Assembly (NCBI GenBank): GCA_036679645.1
Contig: JAZDCY010000033.1
Coordinates: 4,387-68,386 of the forward strand
DNA: 64,000 nucleotides
Direction of reading: 5' to 3'
Origin: Gemmatimonadota bacterium
GTDB taxonomy: Bacteria > Gemmatimonadota > Gemmatimonadetes > Gemmatimonadales > GWC2-71-9
The position numbers and the translations under genes were made by a program. Of this stretch, positions 10,649 through 20,454 are shown piece after piece (the stretch's first letter is position 1; each line of letters opens with the position of its first letter). Under the pieces are notes generated by a model. The model saw only the letters and a program-made list of their open reading frames with translations, had not been told where the DNA came from and did not search any database.

Positions 10649-11533
10649 ATGCCTTCCAGTTCGCCGGTATCCCACGTGTCCGACACGGCCCGCTGGGTCG
10701 CCATCTATCGGGCGATGGAGTCCGAGCGACCGGACGCGATATTCCACGATCCGTATGCGCGGCGCCTAGGTGGTGTGCAGGGTCAGGCCATTGTCGATGC
10801 CCTGCCCAAGGGTCGCAAGATGGCATGGCCCATGATCGTGCGCACGGCGGTGATGGACGAGATGATCCTCCGGGCCGTCGAGCGGGACGGTGTGACCACG
10901 GTGCTCAACCTGGCGGCGGGGCTCGACACGCGCGCGTATCGCCTCCCGCTTCCGGCGGCGTGTCGCTGGATCGATGCGGACCTGCCGGACATACTCTCCT
11001 ACAAGGAAGAGCAACTCGAGGGCGAGCGCCCACGCTGCGCCTACGAAATGGCGCGGGTAGATCTGAGCGACGCGACGCAGCGTCGTGCCCTGCTCCAGCG
11101 CGTCGACAACGTCGATGCCACCGCGCTCGTGATCACCGAGGGACTGCTGGTTTACCTCACCTCTGAAAACGTCGCCGAACTTGCGGCCGACCTTCACGCA
11201 CATCCGTCCATCCGCTGGTGGCTTACCGACCTCGGCTCACCGAAGTTGCTCGAGATGATGGAACGGTGGTGGGGCAAGCAGCTCGCGCAAGGGAACGCCC
11301 CGTTCCGCTTCGCTCCAGCCGAGGGCGCGGCGTTCTTCGAGCCTCACGGCTGGGCGGAGGTCGAGTTCCGCTCGATGCTCCACGAATCGGTCCGCCTGAA
11401 CCGTACGATCCGGTTCGGCCGCTTTTGGTTGTGGCTGTCCCGTCGTGCTCCCAAGAAGAAGCGGGAGGAGGGGCGGCGCCTGTCGGGGGTCGTACTGCTA
11501 GCCTCGAGAGAACGCGGCGGGGATCGCGCTTAG
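10649..11533 (+). CDS. Class I SAM-dependent methyltransferase (leucine carboxyl / O-methyltransferase-like)
   Basis: Start at MPSSSPVSHVSDTARWVAIYRAMESERPDAIFHDPYA...; LNLAAGLDTR motif typical of this family. Confidence 0.75.
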   Translation: MPSSSPVSHVSDTARWVAIYRAMESERPDAIFHDPYARRLGGVQGQAIVDALPKGRKMAWPMIVRTAVMDEMILRAVERDGVTTVLNLAAGLDTRAYRLPLPAACRWIDADLPDILSYKEEQLEGERPRCAYEMARVDLSDATQRRALLQRVDNVDATALVITEGLLVYLTSENVAELAADLHAHPSIRWWLTDLGSPKLLEMMERWWGKQLAQGNAPFRFAPAEGAAFFEPHGWAEVEFRSMLHESVRLNRTIRFGRFWLWLSRRAPKKKREEGRRLSGVVLLASRERGGDRA

Positions 11534-11550
11534 CGTTAGAACGTTTTGGT

Positions 11551-11781
11551 CTAGAGGGCCGAGTCGAGCAGCTCTTCTCGAATGATGGTGTTACGGCGGC
11601 AGGGGTTGCAGCGGACGTCAAGGGCTTTCCGCCGTGGACCCTGGACGTTGAGTGGCTTGCCACACTGCGGGCATGGCGGCACGCCATCGGGGTCCGCTAC
11701 CATGGCACCGCAGATCTCCTTCATCTCGGCGCGCGAGTACGGCAACCACGTGTTGCGGTCTTCAGCCATGGTCCTCCTCAC
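11551..11781 (-). CDS. Small hypothetical protein with a CxxC...CxxC zinc-ribbon-like motif
   Basis: 76 aa ORF (alternative start MAEDR at 11769) containing CPQCG...CNPC. Confidence 0.45.
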   Translation of the reverse strand: MRRTMAEDRNTWLPYSRAEMKEICGAMVADPDGVPPCPQCGKPLNVQGPRRKALDVRCNPCRRNTIIREELLDSAL

Positions 11782-11831
11782 AAGCTCTCAATTTGCGCCC
11801 AGACGACCGTAATAGCCAATGGGTCGGTGGG

Positions 11832-12962
11832 CTACCGCTCGGCCACCATCTGGATCTCGACCAGCAGCGAACTCCCCATGAGCGAGGCTCCGACCACCGC
11901 TGCCGCGGGAGCACTCAGTGGAAAGACCTGGTCGAGTACCTCCAGCACGTCCCCGGAGTGGCGGATATCTGCAAGGTACACCGACACGACAACCATATTT
12001 GTGAAGTCCATGCCTGCTGCGCCGAGTGTGGCACGGAGATTCTCGAGCGCATTGCGTGTCTGCCCGGCAATGTCCGGCGGCACCCCATCCGAACCGCGGC
12101 CCACCATCCCGGCGAGGTAGAGTCGATTGCCGACGAGAATGGCCGGCGAGAGCGGCGACCGGGGACGCCGCCTGCCTTCCGCGACGACGACGCGTCGGCT
12201 GGATGACCGCTCGGCGATGCACTGGATCTCGGCGTCGAACACCGAGTTCATGAGACCGGCGCGGACCGCGGCGCGGGCGGGCGGATCCTCACCGGGCACG
12301 AACTCGCCGTACACAGCGTTCATGGCGCCGAACCGGCGGGGATCGTCCAGGAACACCGTACAACTCACGAGGTCGCCGTAGCCCATTCCGGCTGCATCCA
12401 GCACGAGCCCGATATTTCCAAAAATGCGCCGCGTCTGCGCCCCGATGTCGCCTGCGACCGGCCGGTAGGTCTCGGGGCTGCGACTCGTGGCACCCGCAAT
12501 GAACAGCGTGTTCCCGGCCTTGATGCCCCACGAGTAGGGCAACTCGGGAGACATCATGCCCCGCGGTGTGATGACTTCCTTCGGGAGCCGAGTGGCGATT
12601 ACCGAGATCTGTACCAGTGCGTCTGGATCGGCGAGGTCCACCGCAACCGTGGCGCGAGTTGGAGGGTCGTTCGGGAAGTAGCGGCGATAGACCTCGTTCA
12701 TGCCCCGAAAGTGACGGGTGTCGGACAGAAAGACGTTGGACACGACGACATCGCCGTAGTCGAGACCGTGCGCGCGCAGTTCCGCACCCACCCGATCGAG
12801 CGTCACTATCGTTTGGTCTTCGATGGAAAACCGAGTGCTGCTGTCTGGGATAACACCCCTGACGCCTGTGATGTACACGAAATCTCGGTTCTGCGCGGCG
12901 AGTGGCAAGAAAGAGCCTTGCCAGCACGTGAGGAGTGCTGCTACCAATCCGAATCGTCTCAT
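11832..12962 (-). CDS. Secreted protein with three tandem RidA/YjgF/Endoribonuclease L-PSP domains
   Basis: Start MRRFGLVAALLTCW (signal-like) at 12962. Three consecutive segments of about 120 aa each have RidA-type sequence (…IFLTD/VFLDD/VYLAD…). Confidence 0.8.
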   Translation of the reverse strand: MRRFGLVAALLTCWQGSFLPLAAQNRDFVYITGVRGVIPDSSTRFSIEDQTIVTLDRVGAELRAHGLDYGDVVVSNVFLSDTRHFRGMNEVYRRYFPNDPPTRATVAVDLADPDALVQISVIATRLPKEVITPRGMMSPELPYSWGIKAGNTLFIAGATSRSPETYRPVAGDIGAQTRRIFGNIGLVLDAAGMGYGDLVSCTVFLDDPRRFGAMNAVYGEFVPGEDPPARAAVRAGLMNSVFDAEIQCIAERSSSRRVVVAEGRRRPRSPLSPAILVGNRLYLAGMVGRGSDGVPPDIAGQTRNALENLRATLGAAGMDFTNMVVVSVYLADIRHSGDVLEVLDQVFPLSAPAAAVVGASLMGSSLLVEIQMVAER

Positions 12963-13170
12963 CCGCAAGGATCTCCTGGCGTGTCGGGTGCAACGGGCCG
13001 CGATGTGGCCACAAGATACGGTTCGGCGCAGCGTCCGGCGAGGGTTCCGGGGCTGTAGCCCCGGCTCGGCGCACGGCGCCTGGATCGAGCGCGGCGAGGC
13101 GCCGAGCGCGCGTCTTCCAGGCGACAAACGCAGTAGGTTCTCACGAAGCGCGAATCAGTGGGGGATCCAA

Positions 13171-13827
13171 GTGGTTGCTGATGCGGTGACCAAACGCTAT
13201 TCGGTTGCGGAAGAGATTGCGCATGCAATAACGCACGGGGTGGGGCTGCTGCTCAGCATCGCGGGCCTCGTGATCCTGGTCGTCTTTGCCAGCTTGCGCG
13301 GCGACGCTTGGCACATCGTCTCGGTAAGCATCTACGGCGCAACGCTCGTTCTGCTGTACACGGCGTCCACGTTCTACCATGCCCTGACCCCGCCGGGCGC
13401 GAAGAGTGTCTTTCGTATCTTGGACCACGCCGCCATCTACCTGTTGATCGCCGGTACGTACACTCCCTTTGCCCTCGTGAATCTTCGAGGAGCCTGGGGA
13501 TGGACCCTATTCGGACTTGTATGGAGCCTCGCCGCCCTCGGCGTCGTGCTGGAGGCGACCGCGAAGCAGCGCTTCAAGATTCTGTCGCTCGTTTTGTACC
13601 TCGGGTTGGGCTGGCTCGGGGCGATCGCCGTGAAGCCACTGCTGCATTCCGTGGAGAGTCGCGGCATCGTGCTGCTGGTGGCGGGAGGGTTGGCGTACAC
13701 CGGAGGAGTGGCGTTCTACGGTTGGCGAGGGCTGCGATACCATCACGCCATCTGGCACGTGTTCGTGCTTGCCGGAAGCCTGTTTCACTTCTTCGCCGTG
13801 TTGTTCTACGTGATACCTCCCCGATGA
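13171..13827 (+). CDS. Hemolysin III / PAQR family membrane protein
   Basis: GTG start at 13171 (alternative 13186). EEIAHAITHGVG..., 7 TM segments and a C-terminal HHAIWHVFVLAGSLFHF motif. Confidence 0.85.
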   Translation: MVADAVTKRYSVAEEIAHAITHGVGLLLSIAGLVILVVFASLRGDAWHIVSVSIYGATLVLLYTASTFYHALTPPGAKSVFRILDHAAIYLLIAGTYTPFALVNLRGAWGWTLFGLVWSLAALGVVLEATAKQRFKILSLVLYLGLGWLGAIAVKPLLHSVESRGIVLLVAGGLAYTGGVAFYGWRGLRYHHAIWHVFVLAGSLFHFFAVLFYVIPPR

Positions 13828-13929
13828 CACATATAGACGCTCAGACAGACGCCACAGAGGCTCCGCACTCCAGCTAGACCACCGCGTTCGTCAACGCTCC
13901 TGGGTTGGACCCAACGAGTCCGCCCGCGC

Positions 13930-13963
13930 TGTCGCTTTTTGCACCCGTCGTGTCGCTTTTTGC
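13930..13963 (+). promoter_or_regulatory. Direct repeat TGTCGCTTTTTGC x2 (21-nt spacing) upstream of the response regulator gene
   Basis: Copies at 13930-13942 and 13951-13963 are identical 13-mers two helical turns apart, about 70 nt upstream of the ATG at 14032. Possible operator; function not demonstrated. Confidence 0.3.
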
Positions 13964-14031
13964 TATCACACGTTGCCGAGCGTATTCCATATACTGGCGT
14001 GGGTCGTTGCCCCTTCCTCAACCGCTAGCTG

Positions 14032-14769
14032 GTGGTCACGATGCGCCGCACCGAATCGGACAGCCTCGATCGATCTCACGAACGACAACGCGCCACAGAT
14101 TCTCAAAGCGAGACGCGGCGGCAGTTGGAGCGAGCGTGGCGGGGGCAGGTCGCCGACGCCTCGAACGCGCTGAACAATCGGCTCGCCGCTGTTCGCAGCC
14201 TGGTCAAACAGGTCGACCGGTCCCGGATGAATCGATCGCAGGTGAGCGACCTTGACCAAATCGACACCGAGATTCAACACGCTAACGACATCATGGCCGA
14301 ATTGCTATACGGGGTCAGCGGCTTTACGCCCGGCACCGTCCCGCCCACGTTGGAACTATTGCATGAGGGTACCGTGCGGCCGGCGGACATCTTGGTCGTC
14401 GAAGACGACGTGAGCAATCGTGAGGTGATCACGCGCCTGTTCCAACGACTTGGGCACCGGGTGATCCCGGCGCGTGACGGCCTCGACGCGTTCGAGGCGA
14501 TGGACCTCACTGCGTTCGATTGCGTCATCTGCGATATCCGCATGCCGGGCTTGGGCGGGGGAGGGCTGTACCGCCAGGCGGAAGAACGGCACCCGCAGCT
14601 CGCCAGCCGGTTCGTGTTCGTGACGGGCGACTACGGGCGGCCGGATACGTACGAATTCGTGACGAACACCGGGTGCCTCGTGGTCCCGAAGCCGTACGAG
14701 ATCGACGAACTCCTCGGCGCCGTCGCCAAGACACTCCAAACGCGCAATCTCGGTCCAACCTCGCAGTGA
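14032..14769 (+). CDS. Response regulator (receiver domain) with an N-terminal HisKA/phosphotransfer-like helical region
   Basis: C-terminal receiver ILVVEDD...DCVICDIRMPG...VVPKP. The last 8 codons or so lie inside a copy of the island repeat core. Confidence 0.8.
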   Translation: MVTMRRTESDSLDRSHERQRATDSQSETRRQLERAWRGQVADASNALNNRLAAVRSLVKQVDRSRMNRSQVSDLDQIDTEIQHANDIMAELLYGVSGFTPGTVPPTLELLHEGTVRPADILVVEDDVSNREVITRLFQRLGHRVIPARDGLDAFEAMDLTAFDCVICDIRMPGLGGGGLYRQAEERHPQLASRFVFVTGDYGRPDTYEFVTNTGCLVVPKPYEIDELLGAVAKTLQTRNLGPTSQ

Positions 14770-14771
14770 GC
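14739..14771 (+). repeat. Isolated 33-nt core of the island repeat (AACGCGCRATCTCGGTCCAAYCTCGCAGTGAGC)
   Basis: 31/33 identical to the core found at about 21822, 22648, 23086 and 24256. Supplies the codons TRNLGPTSQ and the stop of the response regulator. Confidence 0.6.
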
Positions 14772-14781
14772 CAAGCCATCT

Positions 14782-14985
14782 GTGAATGGGGGTATCCAAA
14801 TGAAACCTGCCGCGCTGGTAGCAACACTGGTTCTGTCAGCTGTTGCGGTGCTCCACCTGCTGCGACTCCTCTTCCAACTGCAGTTCACCGTGGGCAGTAC
14901 CGAGATCCCCATGTGGGCCAGCGTACTCGCCGTTCTTGGACCGGGCGCACTAGCGGTGTGGCTTTGGCGGGAACAACGGGAGTAG
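14782..14985 (+). CDS. Small two-TM membrane protein, hypothetical
   Basis: 67 aa (alternative start MKPAAL at 14800), hydrophobic, no family recognised. Confidence 0.45.
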   Translation: MNGGIQMKPAALVATLVLSAVAVLHLLRLLFQLQFTVGSTEIPMWASVLAVLGPGALAVWLWREQRE

Positions 14986-15036
14986 CCGATTGCACTTGCG
15001 GTCTCTAGACCGCACTAAGACCTGGCGGTTGGTGAA

Positions 15037-15435
15037 TCACACCTTCCAAGTTGCCCCGTTGCGAATGTAGCCGTCGATATCGCGGTTGGTAACGAGACCA
15101 CAGAGTTCGTTACCATCGATGATCGGGAGATGTCGAATCTTGTTCTGGTACATCGTTCGGAGGCACTCGTCGAGAGTTGCTATTGGCGAACACGAGATGA
15201 CGGGTGAGGTCATCACGTCACGCAGCTTGGTCGTCGCCGGGTCACGTTCCTCGGCAACGACACGTTGCAGGATGTCCCGCTCGGTACACATCCCAATCTG
15301 CTTGCCATCGAGTACGATCATACCACCAATCCCAAGGCGTTTCATGAGGCGAGCGGCTTCCAATACGGAATCGTCTCCCGACATCCGATGGGTGTCGCCA
15401 CCCTTTCCATCAAGCAATTCCCCGACCGTTGACAT
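15037..15435 (-). CDS. CBS domain pair protein
   Basis: Start MSTVGELL at 15435. Two CBS repeats (…DSVLEAARLMKRLGIGGMIVLD… and …TLDECLRTMYQNKIRHLPII…). Confidence 0.8.
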   Translation of the reverse strand: MSTVGELLDGKGGDTHRMSGDDSVLEAARLMKRLGIGGMIVLDGKQIGMCTERDILQRVVAEERDPATTKLRDVMTSPVISCSPIATLDECLRTMYQNKIRHLPIIDGNELCGLVTNRDIDGYIRNGATWKV

Positions 15436-15590
15436 GTTTGATCCTCTATTCTGTTCGCGATCGCTCAGGAAAGATACTGGGTTGAACGTCTTACCAAAAC
15501 CGGCGAACCACCCATTGCGTGAGGCCGGGAGCATATCGGGTCGCTATATCGATAAGCCGGGGCGACCACGCCGATGAGCAGCAAAGACAG

Positions 15591-15848
15591 TCACCCACTT
15601 CTGTCCTCTTGCGATTCACGTGCGGCGGTGAGCAAGCGCTCTGCGAAGTCGAGGCGTTCGTGCATTTCGGCCACCTGTGCTCGTGTGTCGTCGAGATCGT
15701 CCCGCAGCGCATCGACCACCGGTCCCAACTCTGAATCGCTGCCTCGCGTCTCCAACTCTTTCTTCTTGAGCTTGAAACGGAGAATCACAACCAGGGCCAC
15801 GATGATCCCAGGGACGCCAACAAGAATGCCGACAATATCTTCGGTCAT
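15591..15848 (-). CDS. Small membrane-anchored coiled-coil protein, hypothetical
   Basis: 85 aa with an N-terminal TM segment (ILVGVPGIIVALVVIL) and then a charged helical region. Confidence 0.45.
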   Translation of the reverse strand: MTEDIVGILVGVPGIIVALVVILRFKLKKKELETRGSDSELGPVVDALRDDLDDTRAQVAEMHERLDFAERLLTAARESQEDRSG

Positions 15849-15935
15849 CGGAACCCCTCCGAGGACAGGAAAATTCGTACACGCCCTGCAGTGGCCACCG
15901 AGCGGTCTCGTCGTCGGGACGTCACGGGAAGGTCA

Positions 15936-18283
15936 TTACGTGCGCAGCGCCTCGAGCACCTCCGCCGTAAACGGATTCTCACCGCGGCGAAGCGCTTCGA
16001 TCCAGCCCAGGCGCTGTGTCCGAGCCTCGTTATTCGATGTCCCTGCCACAAAGGCTTCAAAGTCTACAATAGCTCCCGCAAGATCGCCGGTGAGTGCCCG
16101 GGCTAGCCCGCGGCTGTCCCTGACGTTGCCATTATCAGGAGCAAGCGCCACGGCCTGTTCGCAGGCCGTCATGACGTCGCCGGCATGCCCCAACAGGCTA
16201 CCGTTCCAGCAGAGCGTGTTCCAATAGCCGGCGTTGTCCGGGTCGAGCTCGGCCAGTCGCCTGAACGTAGCCAGCACCCGAAGCACGGTGGCCTCTGTGC
16301 TGTCGAAAATGACAGCCATGTCGGCCAGCTCTGAGGCTAAAGCGCTCGGTATTCACAAGCAGAGAGTCAGCGGCGTCCAGAACCCTGCCGGCGAAGTCTG
16401 CAGGTTCTGCCGCCCCCGCGTCGAGAGCGGCAGTCACAATCAATCCGGTAGCACACTGCTCCATCGACGGGCTAGCGGGATACTCCCTGATGTCTTTCGT
16501 GATACGGTTCACCACATCAGCACGCAACGGCTTGGGGCTCATCATACCACATAACATGGTTCGCTCGATGATATTTGTCGGCTCGAGGAACTCGCTCGCC
16601 TTTGTCCAGTCTCCGTGTACCAGGTAGAGACTGAGCGTTGCACCGCCGTATTCGAGCAAGAAGGGATCGAGGACGCGATCGGTAGCGAAGATGCCCGCTG
16701 CCCTGAGTGAATCCGCCACGCGTAGCGCCTCGGCGCGCCGACCCGATTTGGCGAGCAAGACCATGCGGCGCGCTGCGAGATTCTCAAACTCGGTTTCCAC
16801 GCCGAGGGAATCCGCAATCGCGAGTTCGCTGAGTGCCTTGTCGTAAGACTCCTCCAGCTCGAGCACCCGCGCCGCCCACAGATGGGCTTCCGCCACCGAG
16901 GGAGTGACGGCCAACCATCTTTCGACCCAGGTTCTGGCGACGGACAGAGCTCTGGGACGCTCCGCTTCGGTAACTGCCTGCAAGAAAATCGCGAATGTTG
17001 AGCGGTATCACTTCCAGCGTATCGCGCAAGACCGCAATGAAAGGCAAGTTGTTGGCAGGTAAGGACTCTATGTATGCAGGCAGCGAAGCGCTCTCGCGGC
17101 GCGCCGCTACCACGAGTCCCATATACCAACCGCCCGCCTTCAGATAGTTGACTACCAGGATCATGTAGCCAGCGTATTGAGACGGGTCCAGCAGCACGGC
17201 GGTCTTAGCGAGGCTGTTGGCCCTATGGAAGGAGCCGCGCATCCTCATGACCCCGTCAACCGAGTGGACAATGCCATCTATGCTCTCGAGCCAAGCGAGG
17301 GCAAGGAGCGCGTCGACATCGCTGGAATCGGCGGCCAGCAAGTCTTCGAGCTGCTCCCGTGCGGTGGCGAACTGAGCGTGATACAGCGCATCCATCGCGC
17401 GCAGAAAGCGTTGATGGCGCGGCGCGAGACGATCGGACAGCGCGACAGCGCGGCCTAGGTGACCGTAGCCCGCATGCGTCGCGTCAGAGAGGGCTCCCAG
17501 ATCCGCGAAGAGGAGCGACGCTTGCGCCAGCTTGAGGTACGCCTGTGCAAACGTGCTGTCGAGTTCTACGGCTTCCTCAAAGGCTTCCCTCGCCCGCCGC
17601 ATCTCCGCCCGATTATAGTGCCGTAAACCGCGGAGATAGGCCTTCAACGCATCGAGGGATTCGGTCGACACGGACGATACGTCGACTTGCGACGCGTCCA
17701 CGCCTGCCGTCTCGAGAAGCTCCGCGGCAATCCGCTCGTAGAGTTCCAGAATCGCGTCTTCAGATTCTCCGTCTTCGCTGACGCGCACGACTGTACGACT
17801 AGTCGCTACATCGTATGCTCGGGCGGTGACTCGAATGCGATTGCCCAATCTCAGCACGTCACCCGTGACCACGGTCCATCCGCCGGTCTCCTCCGCGACG
17901 CGCCGAATCTGCTCTTCATCCATCGCTTCCTCGGGAGCGAGCCCATGACGTCGCTGGGCGAGACGGAGACGTTCATCGGAAACAACCGAAACCTCTTGCC
18001 ACCGGCTCAGAGCCTCACCAAGCATCACGGGAGCTAGTGCCAGCCAGTCGTCTTCGGGAATCGCTCTGACATTACGAAACGGCAGCACCAGGAAGCTGCG
18101 GGCGCGCACGTCTTGCGCCGGGGGGTCGTTACGAGTCACAACGGCGGGTCGTCTTACGGCTGCATCGCATGGAGGGGGCGTGCCGTCAGCGCACTGGGCG
18201 CGGAGAGCAACCGGCAGCAGCGCCGCCAACAGCGACAAGGCGAGGATGAGTTGAAGCAGGCGCGCAGAGCGGTGCGTGTTCAT
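15936..18283 (-). pseudogene. Large secreted TolB-like N-terminal domain plus TPR-repeat protein, split by two 1-nt frameshifts
   Basis: ORFs 16784..18412, 16198..16983 and 15936..16319 are contiguous pieces of one protein (start MNTHRSARLLQL at 18283). Frame changes occur near 16985 (at an A/T run) and near 16330-16370. The out-of-frame tails are Arg/Gly-rich nonsense. Confidence 0.7.
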
Positions 18284-18433
18284 CCTGTCAGGACCAAGTT
18301 CCCGCTCAGTAGCGTAGCGGGCTGCGGGTGCGGCTCCTTGGCGTTCGCGGTGCTCCCAGGTGCACAACGCAACGGCTCCCATACCCCACGAGCGCGCCCG
18401 ATCAGTCTGCAAGCGCGTTGCAGGCAGCGGGCC

Positions 18434-18811
18434 CTATCTGGTTCGAGATTCCGCCGTCTTGAGTTCAACGAGGATCACCTCCATTGGTTCGCCACGCAGA
18501 TTTTCCGGAAGGTGAGTTCCGGCCTCTGCCCATATCGTTTCACCGGCCCTTCCCTCAAAATCCACTGTTTGCCCATCGGGGAGCGTGAACTTGCCCGTGT
18601 TATCTGTAAGGAACACTACTACTCCGGCAGGATGATAGTGCATCACGGATTTCTCGTGCGGTCCGTACGTAATCCGGAGAACCCGGACCTGGTCGTTCTC
18701 GAAAACCACCCGGTAGTGCGTGGAGTCCACCACCGTGGGGTCTTGGGCCCAGGCACGCGCGGCAGCGAACGACGTCAGTGCGAGGAGCAGTGGGAGTACG
18801 CGCATGGTCAT
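18434..18811 (-). CDS. Secreted cupin domain protein
   Basis: Signal peptide MTMRVLPLLLALTSFAAARAWA, then a cupin-like beta-barrel sequence (…MHYHPAGVVVFL…). Confidence 0.7.
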   Translation of the reverse strand: MTMRVLPLLLALTSFAAARAWAQDPTVVDSTHYRVVFENDQVRVLRITYGPHEKSVMHYHPAGVVVFLTDNTGKFTLPDGQTVDFEGRAGETIWAEAGTHLPENLRGEPMEVILVELKTAESRTR

Positions 18812-19020
18812 CTCCGAGTCTAGGGACGATTCTCTGGTTGGCGGATACTCGCCCTTGTAGGCGGACTTGCAGGTGCTACCGTCGGGTGGCTCAGCGGTCT
18901 CATCGTCGGGCGCGCGTCCAGCAGGACGTCAGTGCGGCGGCGGTGCCATCTTCGGCCACCGAAGGCAAAGTAGACTAATATTATCGCCTATTATATCCAG
19001 CAGGCTTGAAGCCGCAAGTT

Positions 19021-19125
19021 GCTACACCCCGTTCGTGACATGGCGAACGCGCTGGGCGACGGTAACCAATGAGATCAATGCCTCGCGATGCTACCGCACT
19101 ACTGGTATTGGGGAACCCCCGATCG
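19021..19125 (+). repeat. Partial or disrupted copy of the island repeat
   Basis: GCTACACCCCGTTCGTGACATGGCGAACGCGCTGGGCG and GATGCTACCGCACT match the internal parts of the copies at 21.7, 22.5 and 24.1 kb. A degenerate left arm (CTTGTAGGCGGACTTGCAG) lies at about 18853-18880. Confidence 0.6.
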
Positions 19126-19127
19126 TC

Positions 19128-19607
19128 TTATTGATCCAGGGGCACGGGAGCCGGAGCATCGCTGGAAAAGCTGACCGACGCGATGAACCACTCGCCGTCG
19201 ATCTTCCGCCATGTAGCGAGGTACTTGCCAAGGTCGAAAAGATCTCCGTCCGGAGTCGTCAGCACCAGTCGGTTGACGCCGTACTCCCACGCCATGTCAC
19301 CGCGCTCCGATACCTCCGTATACGTCGTGGTGCTCCCGAACGACTTCACACCCGGGCCGAAGAACTGCTCAAAGAGCGCCCGCACGGCCTCGCGGCCTAC
19401 GGCCGGGGGACCGTCAGCTGGCAGCAACACGCCGTCAGGCGCCCAGAACGCGAGTGAGCCGTCGATATCGAACGCGGATTCGGCCGCGACGATGCCGGCC
19501 GAGCGAGCGCGAACAGCTTCGAGTTCGGCCTCCATGTCTACCCGCGGCGCGGCGCAGGCCACTATGGACGTGGCAGCAACAAAGAGGGTGGTGGAATTCC
19601 GGCGCAT
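19128..19607 (-). CDS. SnoaL-like / NTF2-fold (DUF4440-like) secreted protein
   Basis: Start MRRNSTTLFVAATSIVACA. NTF2-like core. Its last 22 codons or so are duplicated at 23223-23290. Confidence 0.7.
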   Translation of the reverse strand: MRRNSTTLFVAATSIVACAAPRVDMEAELEAVRARSAGIVAAESAFDIDGSLAFWAPDGVLLPADGPPAVGREAVRALFEQFFGPGVKSFGSTTTYTEVSERGDMAWEYGVNRLVLTTPDGDLFDLGKYLATWRKIDGEWFIASVSFSSDAPAPVPLDQ

Positions 19608-19806
19608 GGCGACCTCACGGGAGGAGTGCAACGATAGGGTACTGTGGCCGAATCAACAATTCTGTGGCGCGGGACGCGCACCCACGATGGGGCTCGTCCC
19701 GGTGGCTAAGTGAGGGTGGGGCGCGACTACATCGGCGTGCATGCCTGACGGTGGGAGCGGAACTCGGCACATTTACCATGTATTACGTTATACGTTATAT
19801 TCCGCC

Positions 19807-20103
19807 GTGATCCGAAGCTTCGCGACCCCTGGCACCCGGGACGTCTTCGATGCCACCGACTCCAAAGCGGCGCGGCGCGCGTGCCCGACAAGCCTCTGGA
19901 AGATCGCTCGCCGCAAGCTGGACCAGTTGAATCAGGCCCATGCGCTCGAGGATCTCCGAGCACCGCTGGCCAATCGACTGGAGAAGCTGAAAGGCGACCG
20001 GGCAGGACAGCACAGCATCCGGATTAACGACCAGTATCGCGTCTGCTTTGGGTGGACCGAGCACGAACCCGAAGATGTGGAGATCGTAGACTACCACCGT
20101 TGA
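19807..20103 (+). CDS. higB: HigB-type toxin (RelE/ParE superfamily, plasmid maintenance system killer)
   Basis: GTG start gives VIRSFATPGTRDVF... and ...QHSIRINDQYRVCFGW...VEIVDYH, typical of HigB. Followed 13 nt later by higA. Confidence 0.8.
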   Translation: MIRSFATPGTRDVFDATDSKAARRACPTSLWKIARRKLDQLNQAHALEDLRAPLANRLEKLKGDRAGQHSIRINDQYRVCFGWTEHEPEDVEIVDYHR

Positions 20104-20116
20104 GCGAGGTTGCTTC

Positions 20117-20449
20117 ATGACGACGTTGCCCAGACACCGACCGCCAACCCACCCGGGTGAGATGCTCCTTGAGGAGTTCTTGGTACCTCTCGACATGAGC
20201 CAGTCAGAACTCGCGGACCGGATCCATGTGTCTTATCCACGCGTGAATGAGCTCGTGAACGGAAAGCGAGGTGTCACGCCGGACACCGCTCTACGCCTCG
20301 CGAAGCTGCTCGGGACAACACCAGAATTCTGGCTGAACGGGCAGCAGAACTGGGACTTGTGGCATGCCGTGCACGCGCCCCAAGCAGTCGAACTTCGGGA
20401 GATCCGTCCGGTGTCACGCCGCTCGCGGAGCAAAGCGAGTTTCGCCTAA
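20117..20449 (+). CDS. higA: HigA antitoxin, XRE-family HTH
   Basis: HPGEMLLEEFL...MSQSELADRIHVSYPRVNELVNGKRGVTPDTALRLAKLLGTTPEFWLN is the HigA signature. The stop TAA is embedded in the motif GCCTAAC. Confidence 0.85.
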   Translation: MTTLPRHRPPTHPGEMLLEEFLVPLDMSQSELADRIHVSYPRVNELVNGKRGVTPDTALRLAKLLGTTPEFWLNGQQNWDLWHAVHAPQAVELREIRPVSRRSRSKASFA

Positions 20450-20454
20450 CTAGT

